A stretch of 30,100 nt of DNA from Breznakia blatticola (lineage in GTDB: Bacteria; Bacillota_I; Bacilli_A; Erysipelotrichales; Erysipelotrichaceae). The stretch is taken from assembly GCF_004365815.1 (NCBI RefSeq), contig NZ_SODD01000032.1, positions 1 through 30,100 of the forward strand, read 5' to 3'. The notes under the pieces are model-generated. The model searched no databases. It saw only the letters and a list, made by a program, of their open reading frames with translations, and was not told where the DNA came from. Of this stretch, positions 28,489 to 30,100 are shown piece after piece (the first letter of the stretch is position 1; each line of letters begins with the position of its first letter). The position numbers and the translations under genes are program-made.

Positions 28489-29772
28489 TTAATGAATCAC
28501 TATTTCTAACTCATTTCCGGCATAATCACTAATATAAAAATAATCTATACTTTTCCCTGGAGAAACAATTCTCAAAATATGATTTTCTGCATCATATGTG
28601 TACGATGAACTTCTTTGCTCATCACGATAAAACCGTATGCTGTTACTATCGATAGTTGATGCATCATCATATAGGTAATACGTAAATGTATCACTCTCTT
28701 TTTTATAAGTTCCATTTGGACTATAAATATCAATATTTGATATTTCTATTTCCTTTTCGTCAATAACTTTTCCCTTTGATACTAACTGAACTTTATGTTT
28801 CCCATTTTCTGTAATGGCATCTTCTTTTTTGCCATCAATCCATATCTCATCGTACTGTCCATCTGTTGTTTCCACATGTAATGGTACAGCTTTATTTGTC
28901 CAAGCCTCGTTATATGTAATATTTTTTATTTTTGCATGAACTATTACTTCTTGCTTTACTGGCTCTTGTTTTACAGGTGTTGGTTGAGAAGATGGAATGA
29001 ATATAATTGCTCCAGCAATCACACCTGCCCCAATAGCTCCTCCAAACAACAGTTTTAACAAGACTGCAGTTTTCGCAACATGTTTTGGTTGCAATATGGA
29101 TTGTAATATTTCCATACTAGCTTGTTGGTTTAATACAAATCGTGTACTAAATTCCCGATACAACGTTTGTAAGATCATCGGTGATAAAGCAAACACGTAA
29201 CTGTTTGGTGATATCCCTTGGTTCTTTAAATCTACTTGTAGCTTCTTACGAATTCGATTCAATCTTGAATTCACTGTTCCTTTTGGAATCACTAAAAGTT
29301 CAGCAATTTCTTCAATTTGTAATCCTTCATAGTACCGCAACAATCCTACCTCTTTTAATGAATCACTCATCGTATCTAATGATTCGAAAATAACTTCTTT
29401 AATTCTTGTATTTTCGAATTCTTTGGCAGCTGATACGCCTTTATGATCTTTAAAATCTTCAATACTCTTATTTTCACCTAAGTCAATAATTTGCATCTTT
29501 CGTCGTCCTTGATTCATACATACTGAGTATGTTATTTTTCGCAACCATAAACTAAAAGCCTCCGGGTTTCTTAGTTCTTTGATTTTTCGAAAAACGAGAA
29601 TGAATACTTCCTGAACGATATCTTTTGCAATTTCCTCATCCCTGTAATACTGACACGCCACAAAATACACTTGATTGTAGTGTGCTTTGTAGATTGATGA
29701 AAATGCATCTACATCCCCGTGTTGTGCTTTTCGAATCACCGTCTCATCAACATAATTAAATTTATTTTTCAC
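28489..29772 (-). CDS. Sigma-70/ECF-like factor fused to a transmembrane helix and a beta-rich extracytoplasmic domain
   Basis: 427 aa with a GTG start and SD GGAAGGAAA. Residues ~1-184 hold region 2 (DIVQEVFILVFRK...WLRKITYSV) and region 4 (LQIEEIAELLVIPKGTVNSRLNRIRKKL). Residues ~235-259 form a TM helix (TAVLLKLLFGGAIGAGVIAGAIIFI). Residues ~260-427 hold a PVKQE linker and a beta-rich region. The stop lies 21 nt before the surface-protein start. Confidence 0.8.
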   Translation of the reverse strand: MKNKFNYVDETVIRKAQHGDVDAFSSIYKAHYNQVYFVACQYYRDEEIAKDIVQEVFILVFRKIKELRNPEAFSLWLRKITYSVCMNQGRRKMQIIDLGENKSIEDFKDHKGVSAAKEFENTRIKEVIFESLDTMSDSLKEVGLLRYYEGLQIEEIAELLVIPKGTVNSRLNRIRKKLQVDLKNQGISPNSYVFALSPMILQTLYREFSTRFVLNQQASMEILQSILQPKHVAKTAVLLKLLFGGAIGAGVIAGAIIFIPSSQPTPVKQEPVKQEVIVHAKIKNITYNEAWTNKAVPLHVETTDGQYDEIWIDGKKEDAITENGKHKVQLVSKGKVIDEKEIEISNIDIYSPNGTYKKESDTFTYYLYDDASTIDSNSIRFYRDEQRSSSYTYDAENHILRIVSPGKSIDYFYISDYAGNELEIVIH

Positions 29773-30012
29773 ACCAATTTCCTTCCTTTCACATCACATT
29801 TCTACATCACTCCTCACATTTTTTCCTCTTGGTATAATGAGTGACACACCGTTTTTATAAAAACTTCCACACTTTTTAAAAAAATTATTCTATCCATTAA
29901 AATACAAGAATTGACACAATTGACATAGACAGTTCGTTTTCAGTCATATACGACCTTTCCTTTATAAAATGCATTGTTTCTTATCTGTAATAAACTTATG
30001 AATACATAAAAA

Positions 30013-30100
30013 GTAGGCGACTGAATTACTTCAATCGCCCCTTATCAAACCGTACGTACGCTACTAACGTATACGGCTTTCCAACATGTTTCGACAGTTT
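30013..30100 (-). mobile_element. Group II intron, 3' end (domains V and VI), truncated by the window edge
   Basis: The minus strand reads AAGCCGUAUACGUUAGUAGCGUACGUACGGUUUG, a 34-nt domain V with the AGC triad and a close match to the GAGCCGUAU...ACGUACGGUUC consensus. A domain VI hairpin GGCGAUUGAAGUAAUUCAGUCGCC follows, ending ...CUAC at 30013. Confidence 0.8.

Noticed and set aside
29830-29838. A plus-strand extended -10 (TGGTATAAT) pointing away from the sigma-fusion gene toward the intron end.
   Set aside because: It has no -35, and there is no plus-strand ORF or terminator downstream. It is possibly fortuitous in AT-rich DNA. It could give an antisense transcript, but nothing in the sequence supports that.

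Overview
Visibly AT-rich chromosomal segment from a PolC-type Gram-positive bacterium (Bacillota). The MraZ-box style and gene content hint at an Erysipelotrichia or Mollicutes-related lineage, with low confidence. Every credible gene lies on the minus strand; all plus-strand ORFs in the track look like antisense shadows.

Reading the minus strand from high to low coordinates:
- The 3' end (domains V and VI) of a group II intron sits at the right edge.
- A two-gene operon follows. It encodes a sigma-70/ECF-like factor fused in one polypeptide to a transmembrane helix and a beta-rich external domain, then a secreted beta-helix (Pmp-like GGAI repeat) surface protein. That protein carries a Listeria-Bacteroides repeat, a 25-unit DPV stalk encoded by a 9-bp tandem repeat, and a non-canonical sorting signal.
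- Next come a DbpA-type DEAD-box helicase, a 129-aa orphan and rmuC.
- A marR plus heterodimeric ABC exporter operon has a recognisable promoter and operator.
- A small stand-alone transcription unit runs from a consensus promoter to an 18-bp inverted-repeat terminator.
- Then recG-rnc-DD-carboxypeptidase, polC, and a translationally coupled ECF sigma / membrane-protein pair.
- A shortened dcw cluster (mraZ-rsmH-ftsL-pbp2B-mraY-murD) ends in uppP.
- The 5' end of another group II intron is inserted 3 nt after the uppP intrinsic terminator.

Most of the window is housekeeping. I found no CRISPR array, tRNA or rRNA gene, or recognisable defence or toxin system. The most unusual content is the membrane-tethered sigma fusion with its adhesin-like partner, the terminator-targeting intron copies at both edges, and two small unannotated transcription units.

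All calls come from reading the sequence and ORF translations by eye. No searches were run.
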